DNA from: Patescibacteria group bacterium
GTDB lineage: Bacteria > Patescibacteriota > Minisyncoccia > Minisyncoccales > GWA2-38-27
Direction of reading: 5' to 3'
DNA: 64,000 bases
Assembly: GCA_020148045.1 (NCBI GenBank)
Contig: JAHCRG010000007.1
Coordinates: 22,914 to 86,913 of the forward strand
The position numbers were made by a program, and so were the translations under genes. The notes beneath the pieces were generated by a model, which was not told the DNA's origin, did not search any database, and saw only the letters and a program-made list of their open reading frames with translations. Below, piece after piece: positions 29,385 through 39,942 of the stretch; the stretch's first letter is position 1; each line of letters opens with the position of its first letter.

Positions 29385-30616
29385 CTTTCCTTATTTATTT
29401 CTCTCCTAAGCCTTTCCTTTAATAGACCGATCTCTTCAAGCGCCTTCTCAACTTTATCTCTATTGTCCAGAGTTATGGCCTTAATTCTTTTTTGAGGATT
29501 TTTAGATACCCTATTAAAGATGTTTTTCAGGGAGCCCCTGTAAGACCTATAAAACCTATATCTTAATTTCATCTGAGCAAGTTCACTCCTTAAGAATTGA
29601 ATAAATTTATTTATTAGTCTTTTGCAAGAGATGCTCTTTATCTTTTTGGCCTTATTAAGCAGGCATTTTTTTCGCCCGTCCTGTCCAAACAGCTCATCAT
29701 AACAGCTCATCATGCACCCGGGACAACCCTCTTTAACGATTGATTCTCTTATATAATTATGTCTTTTTGAATTCCATAATTCAAAAAAGCTGATTTCTTT
29801 CAGACTCCCTATCTGCCTATTCCCATTTGCAATAACCCAGCAAGAAAAAACATCGCCTTTTGCATTTATGGGACAAGATGTCCAAAGCGCGCTGCAGTCC
29901 TTCTTAGAGACTATCGTTTCTCCGCTTAAATAAGAAGGGACCATCCTCAAATAGCTTTCGGGATTAGTGGAAATACCGTATTTAGCGCTAAGGATAATTA
30001 TTCCCTCAAATATTTCCCGCAATTTCTTTTTATCTTTCCTGTCTATAAAGAAGTCTTTTTCTCTTAATGGATCATTAACAAAAATTCTACTAAAGGGCTG
30101 GAATCTTACAGTAGTAGCCCTGTAATTCCTTGCCAATTCTACAATATAAGGCAGCTCTTTATAATTATGCCGCGATACCATCGCGGCTACGGTAGATTCG
30201 ATTTTGTATTTTCTTAAATTTTCCAGAGCAAGGACTGCTTTATTAAACGTCCCCTCACCCCGCAAGCTATCATGGACTTCCTCAGTTCCCTCAATAGAGA
30301 TGTTAACCACATCCACCCCTGATTTAGAAAGTCTGCGCGCAATTTCTTTATTTATCAAGCATCCGTTAGAGGTAAGACAGACATTAAGTCGATTGCTTTT
30401 CGCAAAAGCGATTAATTGAAATATATCTTCTCTTAATAAAGGCTCTCCCCCGCTAAGCACTATAGTCTGCGCGCCAAGTAAAGATATGTCCTTTATGATT
30501 TCTTTCCAGCGAACAGTGTTCAACTCTTCCATCTCTTTAGATGGGATATCACACATTTTACATCTTAAGTTACAACGATTAGTTAATGATATAATGACTT
30601 CTTTTAACTTAGGCAT
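29381..30616 (-). CDS. Radical SAM/SPASM(twitch) protein
   Basis: CNLRCKMC, SGGEPLLR, C-terminal C...GDVFSC...CPGCMMSC. Confidence 0.9.
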   Translation of the reverse strand: MPKLKEVIISLTNRCNLRCKMCDIPSKEMEELNTVRWKEIIKDISLLGAQTIVLSGGEPLLREDIFQLIAFAKSNRLNVCLTSNGCLINKEIARRLSKSGVDVVNISIEGTEEVHDSLRGEGTFNKAVLALENLRKYKIESTVAAMVSRHNYKELPYIVELARNYRATTVRFQPFSRIFVNDPLREKDFFIDRKDKKKLREIFEGIIILSAKYGISTNPESYLRMVPSYLSGETIVSKKDCSALWTSCPINAKGDVFSCWVIANGNRQIGSLKEISFFELWNSKRHNYIRESIVKEGCPGCMMSCYDELFGQDGRKKCLLNKAKKIKSISCKRLINKFIQFLRSELAQMKLRYRFYRSYRGSLKNIFNRVSKNPQKRIKAITLDNRDKVEKALEEIGLLKERLRREINKER

Positions 30617-31754
30617 CTTTATAGTCTCTTAGCCTGTTTTCATAACTCTCGAGTATTTTTAATGCTTCTTTTAAAAGTTTATCTCTACGTGTCTCATTCT
30701 TTAAGTTCTCAATAAAGTTATCAAAAGCGCTTAACAATGAATCGGACTCGGGATGGGCCCAACAAGTCTGCAAGCACGGCTTTTGGCAGACCTTCATTAA
30801 TCTTCTCGCCCTGAATGCCGCTTCTGTATCCAAACATTTATCCAAATTCATATCTTTGATATTTCCGAAAGCAGAGCCACAGCTTCTTACTTCACCATCA
30901 GGGCCTATGTTTATAAATACAAAGGGATTGCACTTCCAATTTTCTCTACTCAGGCTGCCATCAAAATATTTAATCCAAAGATAGGGATCATGCAAGAAAG
31001 CTATCATCCCATATTTGGCTTGATAATCTACAATTATATCTATTTGTTCTTTTAATACCTCTAAATCCTCTCCCCTTATCCAAAAAGGAGCGCCGGGAGA
31101 AGTATTCTGCATATCGTCTTGAGAGACAATTACCGGATGATAAACCAGACATTCCACCCCTAAATCTCTGACCAAAGAGATAATACCAAATAATTCTCCT
31201 AAATTCTCTTTCATTATAGTTGTCCAAACCGATATTTGCGGACCATTTTCTATCTTTCTTTTTGCTTCTACAAGATTGTCTATGCCGCTTATAGCTTTCT
31301 GGAAGCTTCCTTTTTGCCTTATTAAATCGTGCGTCAATCCTTTTGCTCCGTCTATGGAGATGGCAATGTTTCGCAAGCCAGAGGAAATTATTTTATATGC
31401 CAAATTTCTATCTATTAATGCCCCGTTAGAAACAACCTCTATTTTTAAGCCGGCTTTAGCTGCATAATCAATTAATTCAAATATGTCCTCTCTTAACAAG
31501 GGCTCTCCGCCTGTTAGCACTATTACGCTGTCCTGTTTCCAGCCAGCAATCTGGTCGAAGGCCCTCTTTGCTATTTCTGTTGGCAGTTCATAGCCATTTA
31601 ATATCTTTACTACCCCGCACATCTGGCAATTGTATATACATTTGTGGCTTAAACTTATATAAACCCAGCATGGCTTCGCATAAGGGCATTCTAAGACTTC
31701 TGAGAAATAATAAGCTAAATTTGTTTTAAATTCCTTAAGAGAATTCTGATTCAT
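30609..31754 (-). CDS. Radical SAM/SPASM(twitch) protein
   Basis: CIYNCQMC, TGGEPLLR, WKC...GEVRSC...CQKPCLQTC. Confidence 0.9.
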   Translation of the reverse strand: MNQNSLKEFKTNLAYYFSEVLECPYAKPCWVYISLSHKCIYNCQMCGVVKILNGYELPTEIAKRAFDQIAGWKQDSVIVLTGGEPLLREDIFELIDYAAKAGLKIEVVSNGALIDRNLAYKIISSGLRNIAISIDGAKGLTHDLIRQKGSFQKAISGIDNLVEAKRKIENGPQISVWTTIMKENLGELFGIISLVRDLGVECLVYHPVIVSQDDMQNTSPGAPFWIRGEDLEVLKEQIDIIVDYQAKYGMIAFLHDPYLWIKYFDGSLSRENWKCNPFVFINIGPDGEVRSCGSAFGNIKDMNLDKCLDTEAAFRARRLMKVCQKPCLQTCWAHPESDSLLSAFDNFIENLKNETRRDKLLKEALKILESYENRLRDYKDA

Positions 31755-31758
31755 CTGA

Positions 31759-32829
31759 TTATTTATTCCTTAACAGTCTTCTAAAAGATGGAAGGGAAAA
31801 ACACATCTGATAACAATAAGTTTTACAGCGCCTTATTGCAATACGCGCTTTATATGCCCGATAAGAATACCACATCTTTTTAAGGTTATAATCATAGTCT
31901 CTTAATGGAATATGGGTCTTGCACATAAACAAACACGGCTCAAGCCTACCCTGTCTTTTTGGATCGGACATAGTGATAAAAAAGTTCTTAAAACCGGCAA
32001 AACATCTCCAGTCTTTAGATTGCATTATTCTTTTATAATATTTACATAAAAGCTCGGCGTTAAAATAAGTATTAAGTTTTGTACAATTGGCATTCGTTGC
32101 AACAATCTTTTTATAAATATTAACAAATCTCTCTATGTCTTCAGCGTCGGGCCACAAATAGGTTGCGTTAGTATTAGAGAACTCGGTATTATCCGGAAGA
32201 TATGCAAGTAAATCAAATATATTTACACCCAACTCATCGCAACAGTTATATAAATCATAAATCTCATTTATATTCTTTTTTAACACAAGCATAGCTATTC
32301 CTATGGAATATTTATAATTATATTTCTGCCTGACCTCTGCTAAAAATTTTATGCTTTCTATAACCCTATCAAATGATTCAGGATTACCTCTCAAATAGTT
32401 GTGCGTATCCCGCAAACCATCAACAGAGATATGAAAATGAGAAACACCTGCTTCTGTTAAACGATATGCGTACTCTTTGAGAAAATACCCGTTGGTAGTA
32501 AGGGTAACTTTAATGTCTTTTTGATGTGCAAACTTTGATACTTCAACGGCCTTCTCTCCAACAAGTAAAGGCTCCCCTCCGGTTAAAATAAGTTCTTTTA
32601 TCCTAAAGTGTTTTTTAGCAATATTGATTATCTTTTTCACCTCTTCCAAAGTCATTTCCTCTTCTTCAGAAGTTGTATATTTATTAACCGAACACATTTT
32701 ACAGCCTAGATTGCACCTGCTGGTAATGCTAATCTGCAAGACATCAGGTTGAAGTATAGGAAAATTCAGCGAACAGGATATATTAAACAGCCCTAACTTA
32801 GCTAAGCTTGCTAAACTCTTAATATTCAT
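31759..32829 (-). CDS. Radical SAM/SPASM(twitch) protein
   Basis: CNLGCKMC, TGGEP, WRCFAGF...CKTYCYQMC. Confidence 0.9.
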   Translation of the reverse strand: MNIKSLASLAKLGLFNISCSLNFPILQPDVLQISITSRCNLGCKMCSVNKYTTSEEEEMTLEEVKKIINIAKKHFRIKELILTGGEPLLVGEKAVEVSKFAHQKDIKVTLTTNGYFLKEYAYRLTEAGVSHFHISVDGLRDTHNYLRGNPESFDRVIESIKFLAEVRQKYNYKYSIGIAMLVLKKNINEIYDLYNCCDELGVNIFDLLAYLPDNTEFSNTNATYLWPDAEDIERFVNIYKKIVATNANCTKLNTYFNAELLCKYYKRIMQSKDWRCFAGFKNFFITMSDPKRQGRLEPCLFMCKTHIPLRDYDYNLKKMWYSYRAYKARIAIRRCKTYCYQMCFSLPSFRRLLRNK

Positions 32830-32863
32830 TTCTCAAGTTCCCATTCTTTGCTGCTTCTTCTTA

Positions 32864-33841
32864 TCATATAGACTCAAGAATATTATTACATTCTTTGCAT
32901 ATTATTTGTTTTTTATCCAGCCAATTTCTAAATTTTAAATAATTTGAAGCAATTTGTTTAATATGCTGCCTATAGATATTCCCGAATTTTAGACTTGATA
33001 TATTACAACAAGGGTACACAAATCCTCTAACATCCATATACATCCCATAATGACAGAATTTGGTCTCTTTTGTTTCTAAAGATATTCCTAAGTTTAATTC
33101 TACTGCCAGCTCTTGCGCCTTATCTTTTAATCTTTTAAAACTTTGCTGAAAATCCTTACTGTAGAAATCTACTTGTTCTTCAATTGTAGGCATCCCTCCG
33201 GAAAACACTACTAAAGGTATCAAGGTTATCTCTTTTACTCCTATTTTATTAGCCAAATTTATAAGAGCTTCGAGGCCGGGGAACGTGCTTTTTAACACTA
33301 CGGTGTTAAATGATAGAATAGGACTATTTTTTTTAAGTTTATATTTATATGTATTTAATCGGTGAATATTCTGCATTACCTTATCCAAGGTACTATTCGA
33401 TTTTATTCTTGCATATAATTGCGGGTTTGCCGAATCTATAGATATCCTTATTTTATCTATACCAGCCTCAACGAGTTCCTCTGCAATAAAATCATCGATT
33501 AATGTTCCATTGCTCACAAGCCACACAGTCAGCCCTTTTAATTTAGTAAAATGCAGTATCTTTAAAATATCCGGACACAAGAATGGCTCTCCTAAGCCCT
33601 GGGAATTCAGCTCCTGTATGTTAAACATAGTAAGTATTTTATCTAAACCCATTTTAAACTGTTCAAAAGATACACTCCGAAGTTGCGGAGATTCCTTCCT
33701 TAAGGTTCTCCAGCATATACTGCAGTTGAGATTACAATGGTTAGTAACTTCAAATTGAATTGTTCTAATATTTTGTAAAAGCGGATTTCTTTTATAAAAA
33801 TCTTTGCTTATGAAGAAACTTTTCATAGTAAAATTAAACAA
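32864..33841 (-). CDS. Radical SAM/SPASM(twitch) protein
   Basis: CNLNCSIC, GLGEPFL, FC...GFVYPCC...CKEC. Confidence 0.9.
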   Translation of the reverse strand: MFNFTMKSFFISKDFYKRNPLLQNIRTIQFEVTNHCNLNCSICWRTLRKESPQLRSVSFEQFKMGLDKILTMFNIQELNSQGLGEPFLCPDILKILHFTKLKGLTVWLVSNGTLIDDFIAEELVEAGIDKIRISIDSANPQLYARIKSNSTLDKVMQNIHRLNTYKYKLKKNSPILSFNTVVLKSTFPGLEALINLANKIGVKEITLIPLVVFSGGMPTIEEQVDFYSKDFQQSFKRLKDKAQELAVELNLGISLETKETKFCHYGMYMDVRGFVYPCCNISSLKFGNIYRQHIKQIASNYLKFRNWLDKKQIICKECNNILESI

Positions 33842-33859
33842 TATTTGTTCTCTCCGACT

Positions 33860-35224
33860 TTAAGTCTGTAATACCTGTAAAGAAATAAGCCTGGTTACAA
33901 TCTTAAATATTTTATGACGGAATTCTCTCTCTTTAGGTGTATTATTTGGGGCATACCAGCCATCCTCTTTGAATTCTATGCCATATTTTTGGGCACGGCG
34001 ATACAGAATAGAATTCCCGGGAATTCCACATTTCTGCCCACTGGAAATAGAACCGAAGTAACGTCTGTTTTTTATTATAAACCATAAGGTCCTGATAAAA
34101 TCTACCCTTGTCTCTCCCGGAAATCCTATTATAAAAAACGTTGCTGTGCTTATTTTAACTTTATGGGTATTTTTCAGCACTTCCTGAGCCAACTTTATAT
34201 TAAAATTCTTACCCATAGCTTTTACAATTCTTTGCGAACCACTCTCAATACCGTAAGATAGCCACCTACATCCTGCGCCGTACATTTTTTCCAGAAAATC
34301 TTTATTCATTTCCGGCCGAATAATAGCCTTACCCCCCCAATAGACTCCAATTCTCCTTCGGATAAACAAATCACATAGTTTATCCAGCTCTCTTATATTC
34401 CCATTGATTAAGGCATCAACTATATCAAATTTCTTAATACCATACCGACTCTTTAGATAGCAAATTTCTTCAAAGACATTCTCCGGCTTTCTATAACGGT
34501 ACTTATTCCAAAGGGGTTTTGCCCCGCAAAATTTGCAATAATTTATACAACCGCGACTAGCAAGAATAGGCAACACCTCGCTGATATAATCGTCCAAGTT
34601 AAAACCGTCAAAAGTAGGAAACGGTATTTTATCGATTTCCTCTATTTCTCCACCTAAGTTATCATAAAGTTTATCTTCTTGATATAAGATTCCTTTTATA
34701 TGCTTTACATCCTTCTTGTTCTGAATAGCTTTAATGGCATTTTCCAGGATAAGTTCTCCTTCCCCAATAACGACAATATCCACACAGTCTTTTTTTATAA
34801 ACTCATAACCGTTTTCATGCCGGGAAGCTTCCGGCCCGCCAAAGATTATAATTTTTTTCTTATCCATTTCCTTTATCTCGGCAGCCAGCATTAAACTGGA
34901 AAGGTAATTAGAATAATAAGTTGAAAAACATATAATATCTATTCCGCAATCATTGACTTTATCTGCCCATACCTGTATAGATTTTACAATATCTAAATTT
35001 TTCAGTATTATTTTGTCGAAATTCTCTTCTGGAAGCCAACAATTGAATTGGTTGCCGTTAAAGAGATATCTTTTATCGGCAGGAGTATTCTTATACAGCT
35101 CAATATTAAAATCGAAGATGTTAACATCATAGTTTTTCCGTTTAAGGTAGCTACTTAAATAGGCGGTAGCTATCGGCGGGGCTTCCACATTCCATGCCGG
35201 CATCATTACCATTGCAATTTTCAA
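33860..35224 (-). CDS. B12-binding radical SAM protein
   Basis: PPIATAYL, GGPE, GEGE, SRGCINYCKFC, GFPGET; TTG start with AGGAG RBS. Confidence 0.9.
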   Translation of the reverse strand: MKIAMVMMPAWNVEAPPIATAYLSSYLKRKNYDVNIFDFNIELYKNTPADKRYLFNGNQFNCWLPEENFDKIILKNLDIVKSIQVWADKVNDCGIDIICFSTYYSNYLSSLMLAAEIKEMDKKKIIIFGGPEASRHENGYEFIKKDCVDIVVIGEGELILENAIKAIQNKKDVKHIKGILYQEDKLYDNLGGEIEEIDKIPFPTFDGFNLDDYISEVLPILASRGCINYCKFCGAKPLWNKYRYRKPENVFEEICYLKSRYGIKKFDIVDALINGNIRELDKLCDLFIRRRIGVYWGGKAIIRPEMNKDFLEKMYGAGCRWLSYGIESGSQRIVKAMGKNFNIKLAQEVLKNTHKVKISTATFFIIGFPGETRVDFIRTLWFIIKNRRYFGSISSGQKCGIPGNSILYRRAQKYGIEFKEDGWYAPNNTPKEREFRHKIFKIVTRLISLQVLQT

Positions 35225-35246
35225 AAAATTATCTCCTGTCCAAATG

Positions 35247-36704
35247 TTAATTAAGAAACAGTTCTTTTTTAAAAGAATTTAAAATTTTTCTTGCTTTAAA
35301 ATAACCTACATCTTTTTTTCTATAAGCCTTGGCGGTATTCTGCGTGGTATTTAACATGCCTATTTTATGCAAAAATTTGTTAAATATGTTCTGTCTATGT
35401 ATTCTTTCTATTTCGGTGTTATCGCCATATTGCCATTTTCCCTGTGGATAAGTCGCTATATTTAACCCGGAAGAATTTCGGTATAAACTGGACCCCTTAA
35501 TAATTTCTAATCGGTTTGCCGGTGAAGCTTGATTTATATATTTTTTGTTTTTTACTATGAATTCCATAGTTTCAAATAAATCTTCTCGTGTTTCTCCAGG
35601 AAAGCCTACTATCCAATTAGTAGAAGTCTGTATCCCATGTCTTGTAGCATGTTTTAAATTTTTTTCTATTTCTTTGAAGGTATAGATTTTTTTCATCAAC
35701 TTTAGAACCTTGATTGAAGTAGATTCTACCCCAAAAGTTACAGTTCTACACCCTGCATCATACATTTTTCTGAATAAGTCCCCAGGCATATCAGCTCTTA
35801 CTACCATATTTCCGCTCCAGAACAAATCATTAATACCTGTGCTTATCAAAGCATCACACATTTCCTCTAAAAGTTTTAAGTTCCCATTAATTAATAAGTC
35901 ATTAAATTTCATTCTTCTTAATGAATAATTTCTATATAGATAAAGAATCTCTTCTGCAATTTTTTTACAACTTCTATTCCTGTATTTTTCTTGGTACCAG
36001 GTATCTACACAGAAAGTGCACCTATTGATACAACCTCTACTAGTAAGAAGAGGTAAAGAATTTCTGTGTAGATATTTATTTAGAGGAAACAGTGAGAAGT
36101 CCGGAATAGGAAGGTCATCTAAATTGCTTATACAATCTCTTGCAACAGTAGTAATTTTACTTTTACCGTCGTACATTACCAAACCTTTACACTCTGCTGA
36201 AAACTTACCCTGAGAAATCTTCTCTATCATTTCTACTAGAGTAATTTCGCCTTCACCTAAAACTATATAATCTCCTTTGCCTGGCCTTGAAAGAAAATAG
36301 CCCGGCTCTTCTTCACGACTACACTCTGGCCCGCCAAAAACTATTATTTTGTCAGGAGCCAGTTCTTTAATCTTAGAAGACAAATGAACACTGAATGCGC
36401 TGGATGTGGTTTGGACAGAAAAGCCGATGATATCTGCTTTAGTCCTTAATACCCTATCGGCATAAATATCGGCAATCTTATTTAATTCGTTTTTTTGTAG
36501 AAAAAAATTAGTGGGTAAGCAATATACATAATTTTCGGGTTTCCAAAATTTCTTATATTGTTGATAGGCATGAAAAAAATCAACGTTGATATCCAGCACT
36601 TCAACTGAAAAATTTTTCCTTTTCAAAGCAGCTATCAGATAAGCCAGCCCCAAAGGCGGCATCTCTATGTCATAAACAGGACACTGAATTAATAATATTT
36701 TCAT
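35247..36704 (-). CDS. B12-binding radical SAM protein
   Basis: PPLGLAYL, GGPE, GEGE, SRGCINRCTFC, GFPGET. Confidence 0.9.
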   Translation of the reverse strand: MKILLIQCPVYDIEMPPLGLAYLIAALKRKNFSVEVLDINVDFFHAYQQYKKFWKPENYVYCLPTNFFLQKNELNKIADIYADRVLRTKADIIGFSVQTTSSAFSVHLSSKIKELAPDKIIVFGGPECSREEEPGYFLSRPGKGDYIVLGEGEITLVEMIEKISQGKFSAECKGLVMYDGKSKITTVARDCISNLDDLPIPDFSLFPLNKYLHRNSLPLLTSRGCINRCTFCVDTWYQEKYRNRSCKKIAEEILYLYRNYSLRRMKFNDLLINGNLKLLEEMCDALISTGINDLFWSGNMVVRADMPGDLFRKMYDAGCRTVTFGVESTSIKVLKLMKKIYTFKEIEKNLKHATRHGIQTSTNWIVGFPGETREDLFETMEFIVKNKKYINQASPANRLEIIKGSSLYRNSSGLNIATYPQGKWQYGDNTEIERIHRQNIFNKFLHKIGMLNTTQNTAKAYRKKDVGYFKARKILNSFKKELFLN

Positions 36705-36714
36705 TGACTATTCC

Positions 36715-37737
36715 TTAAGGCTTGGACATACACGGTTGCAGACATAGCTGTTTGCATCTTTTTATTTTCATTCTTGCTTTCCGGGCTTCTTTTGAATACC
36801 ATATTTTCTTTAACTTTCCACTTCTTATATTTCCATATTCCCACCCGCACATACTCATATCTCCGTGAGGATTTATCTGAATCCAGTGAAACCCGGCAAA
36901 ACATCGCCAATAAGGATTACTCAATTTACCGGCAAAATATTTTTCGTATAAGGCTAAGTTATCGAAGTTTGAAATAACAGGCCGTTTATATTTTTCTCTA
37001 TAATGTGAAATTTTATTTATACTCGATTTAAATGAATTTATCTTATTGGAATCAAATAAAAAATTGTTAGTTGAATGATTCTTATGTGTATAAGTATTAT
37101 CTTCTATAAAGGGAATAAACAATATATGATTTATGGAAAGTTCCCTGCCTAAGTCTAGCAATAGAAGCATTTCCGTATAATTAAATATGTTGACAGTAAA
37201 AGATAAACCTATTGTTAACTCTGTATCTTTTAATTGATTTAGAATCTTTATGCCTTCTAAAGTCTTTTTAAAGGACCCTTGGCCTCTTATATAATCATGG
37301 GTTTTATCCGAAGCTCCGTCTAAAGAAATTTGCAAGTTGTTTACTTTCGCATCAATTATCTTAGAAGCTACGTCCCTGTCAATAAGCGTCCCGTTGGTAG
37401 TTACGGTTACCTTCATTTGCGTATTTTCGTTGACAAATTTAATTATTTCAAAAATATCATTCCTTAGAAAGGGCTCTCCGCCGGAAAAGACTATTGTTTT
37501 TATCCTCATTCTATCGGCCTGCAAAATTATATTTTTAATCTCATCTACGGTCAATTCCTGTTTTTTTTGCGAAGGGAATTTATAGGTTGTGCAAATTTTA
37601 CACTTAAGATTGCATCTGCCCGTTACATTAATCTGAATAAAGGACGGGCTAACGAAAGGAAAATTAAACATTCTGGAAATGGTATATTTAGTACCAATAA
37701 AACGTCGTTTTAATTTTATTTTAGAATCCTTATTCAT
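36715..37737 (-). CDS. Radical SAM/SPASM(twitch) protein
   Basis: CNLKCKIC, SGGEPFLR, WRCFAGF...MSMC...CKQLCLQPC. Confidence 0.9.
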   Translation of the reverse strand: MNKDSKIKLKRRFIGTKYTISRMFNFPFVSPSFIQINVTGRCNLKCKICTTYKFPSQKKQELTVDEIKNIILQADRMRIKTIVFSGGEPFLRNDIFEIIKFVNENTQMKVTVTTNGTLIDRDVASKIIDAKVNNLQISLDGASDKTHDYIRGQGSFKKTLEGIKILNQLKDTELTIGLSFTVNIFNYTEMLLLLDLGRELSINHILFIPFIEDNTYTHKNHSTNNFLFDSNKINSFKSSINKISHYREKYKRPVISNFDNLALYEKYFAGKLSNPYWRCFAGFHWIQINPHGDMSMCGWEYGNIRSGKLKKIWYSKEARKARMKIKRCKQLCLQPCMSKP

Positions 37738-37772
37738 AGCTTATTAAAAGGTAAAAGTTTGCGTACATAAAG

Positions 37773-38840
37773 TTAAGTGACTTTTCTTAATATACCATTT
37801 GCAATTTTCTTAACTAATGAAGTTATATTTATTAACTCCGGCTCATGCATTTCGGGGAATAGACATACCTTCTCACATCTCTTAATTATTTTTCGCATCC
37901 TCCTTGCCTCTTGCCCATACCATATTTCTCTCAAAGTTTTTTTCCTTATATCGCCTATCATATCCCGGCACATCCATACCCCGTAACTTTTCTGTTCATT
38001 ATAAGAAATAATTAATCTCGTAAAACCGATAAAGCAGCTTCCTTTTGACGAGGAATAGCCGTCATTAAAATATTGCGGCAGGAGCTTTACCCCCGGACAA
38101 AAATCCAAAAAATTGGTTGCTTTATTAAAGATTTCCAAATCTTCGCATATTTTTTCAAAAAAATCTTTCTCGGAAGGAGGAATCCAAAAAGAGTTTTCAC
38201 TAAAATCTCTACGGAGAGGATCGGCGTTACTTACATGTGCCGGCCTTAATGCCAATCTCCTGCACCCTAAGCCTTGTGAGAGCTGAGCAATATTAACCAA
38301 ATCCTTGTAATTCTGACGGGTAATTGTTGCTGTTACGCCTACGGATTTGCCGTTAGCAATAAATTTTTTGATATTATTTATAACAACGTCAAAACTCCCC
38401 TTTACTCCTCTTATACATTCATATATTTGAGCCGTGGAGCCATCCAGCGAAACCTGTAAATGATCTACTTCGGAATTAACTATTTTCTCAACAATATTCT
38501 TTTCATAAAACCCATTTGTAATCATTATAACTTTACGGCCTTTATCTTTAGCGTAAGCAATAATCTCAAATATACCGCTATACAGAAAAGGCTCTCCCCC
38601 CGTCAGGACTAAATCGGGAATTTTCAATGCCGCCATTTCATCAATAATGTTTTTTATCTCTTCGCAAGTAATTTCATATTCTTTGTCGAATTTACAATTT
38701 TTTATATCGCACATTATGCACTTTTGGTTACAGATATAATTTAAAGTAAGCGTTATATTACGGGGCGGATACAAAGGGAAATTAATCTTCTTTGACAAAA
38801 AATATAATATCCTTTCCCAAGTAGCACTTTTTTTACACAC
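37773..38840 (-). CDS. Radical SAM/SPASM(twitch) protein
   Basis: CNQKCIMC, TGGEPFL, SCFIGF...WMC...CEKVCLFP. Confidence 0.9.
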   Translation of the reverse strand: MCKKSATWERILYFLSKKINFPLYPPRNITLTLNYICNQKCIMCDIKNCKFDKEYEITCEEIKNIIDEMAALKIPDLVLTGGEPFLYSGIFEIIAYAKDKGRKVIMITNGFYEKNIVEKIVNSEVDHLQVSLDGSTAQIYECIRGVKGSFDVVINNIKKFIANGKSVGVTATITRQNYKDLVNIAQLSQGLGCRRLALRPAHVSNADPLRRDFSENSFWIPPSEKDFFEKICEDLEIFNKATNFLDFCPGVKLLPQYFNDGYSSSKGSCFIGFTRLIISYNEQKSYGVWMCRDMIGDIRKKTLREIWYGQEARRMRKIIKRCEKVCLFPEMHEPELINITSLVKKIANGILRKVT

Positions 38841-38850
38841 TAAAGTACCT

Positions 38851-39933
38851 CTATTTTATACCTACTATTCTTTTAAAAAGCCTTCTTATGTCTGCCAGAA
38901 TATCTGAAGGCAAATAGACACAATCCTGGAGGCAATGTTTATTACACTGTTTGACTATATTTCTTATCCGCATAGCTTCCTGTGAAAACCAGATTTCTTT
39001 TAAACTTTTTTTTTCCAAATCTCCGTACATCCCCACGCAACTCCACACTTTTCCATCATAACCTATAACTATCCGCTTAATTGTTTCGTAACATCTAAAT
39101 CCGCTTCCCGGGCTTTCACCTTTAAAATAGCCAGGAAGAGCTTCTAATACTGCCTTATCGGTACAAATCTCAAAATCTTCAAGTGTATCTTTTAGGTGTA
39201 TTATTTTTTGCATATACTTCTTTAATTTAATAATATTCTCTTTAGACGGCCATAAATCATTTTTTCTTTTTTCAGACATCTTTATATTATTAGAGAGGAG
39301 CGGCTGGAAGATAATGCAATTACATTTATTGGCTCTGGCAAATTCAATCATCGGTAATATATCATTAATATTTTTATCCATAATTGTAAAATTTATTCCA
39401 ACCGTAGGAAATAGAGATTTATATTTAGACTTATAATAAATTAATTTATTGATGTTTTTCTCTGCCTTATTAAAAACGGTTTTGCCTCTAATCTCATCAT
39501 TTGTATCTTCTAATCCATCTAAAGAAATAGTAATATGGTTCAACTTAATTTCGAGCAATTTTTGAATAATCTTGTCGTTAAGCAACACCCCGTTTGTAAC
39601 AATATCTACTTTTTCTATACTATGGGTAACAGCGAATTCTGCAATCGCAAGCAAATCGTCTCTCATCAATGGCTCCCCGCCGGAGAATATAAGGTGCTTT
39701 ATTCCCATGCCTTCTATTTGGCAAATAGTCTCTTTTATTTTTGATGTAGTTAATTCTTTTGCTTTATCTGAAGTCTTGTTGATAGCACACATTTTGCATC
39801 TTAAGTTGCATCGATTAGTAGGAGAAAAATAGACATGCTCGGGAGGAATTAAAGGATAGGACAATACTCTACCGAAATAATATCCTAATTTTTCTTCGAG
39901 CATGGTATATTCTTTTTCCAAACGATTATTCAT
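38851..39933 (-). CDS. Radical SAM/SPASM(twitch) protein
   Basis: CNLRCKMC, SGGEPLMR, FRC...VWSC...CNKHCLQDC. Confidence 0.9.
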   Translation of the reverse strand: MNNRLEKEYTMLEEKLGYYFGRVLSYPLIPPEHVYFSPTNRCNLRCKMCAINKTSDKAKELTTSKIKETICQIEGMGIKHLIFSGGEPLMRDDLLAIAEFAVTHSIEKVDIVTNGVLLNDKIIQKLLEIKLNHITISLDGLEDTNDEIRGKTVFNKAEKNINKLIYYKSKYKSLFPTVGINFTIMDKNINDILPMIEFARANKCNCIIFQPLLSNNIKMSEKRKNDLWPSKENIIKLKKYMQKIIHLKDTLEDFEICTDKAVLEALPGYFKGESPGSGFRCYETIKRIVIGYDGKVWSCVGMYGDLEKKSLKEIWFSQEAMRIRNIVKQCNKHCLQDCVYLPSDILADIRRLFKRIVGIK

Positions 39934-39942
39934 CTTTCTTTT

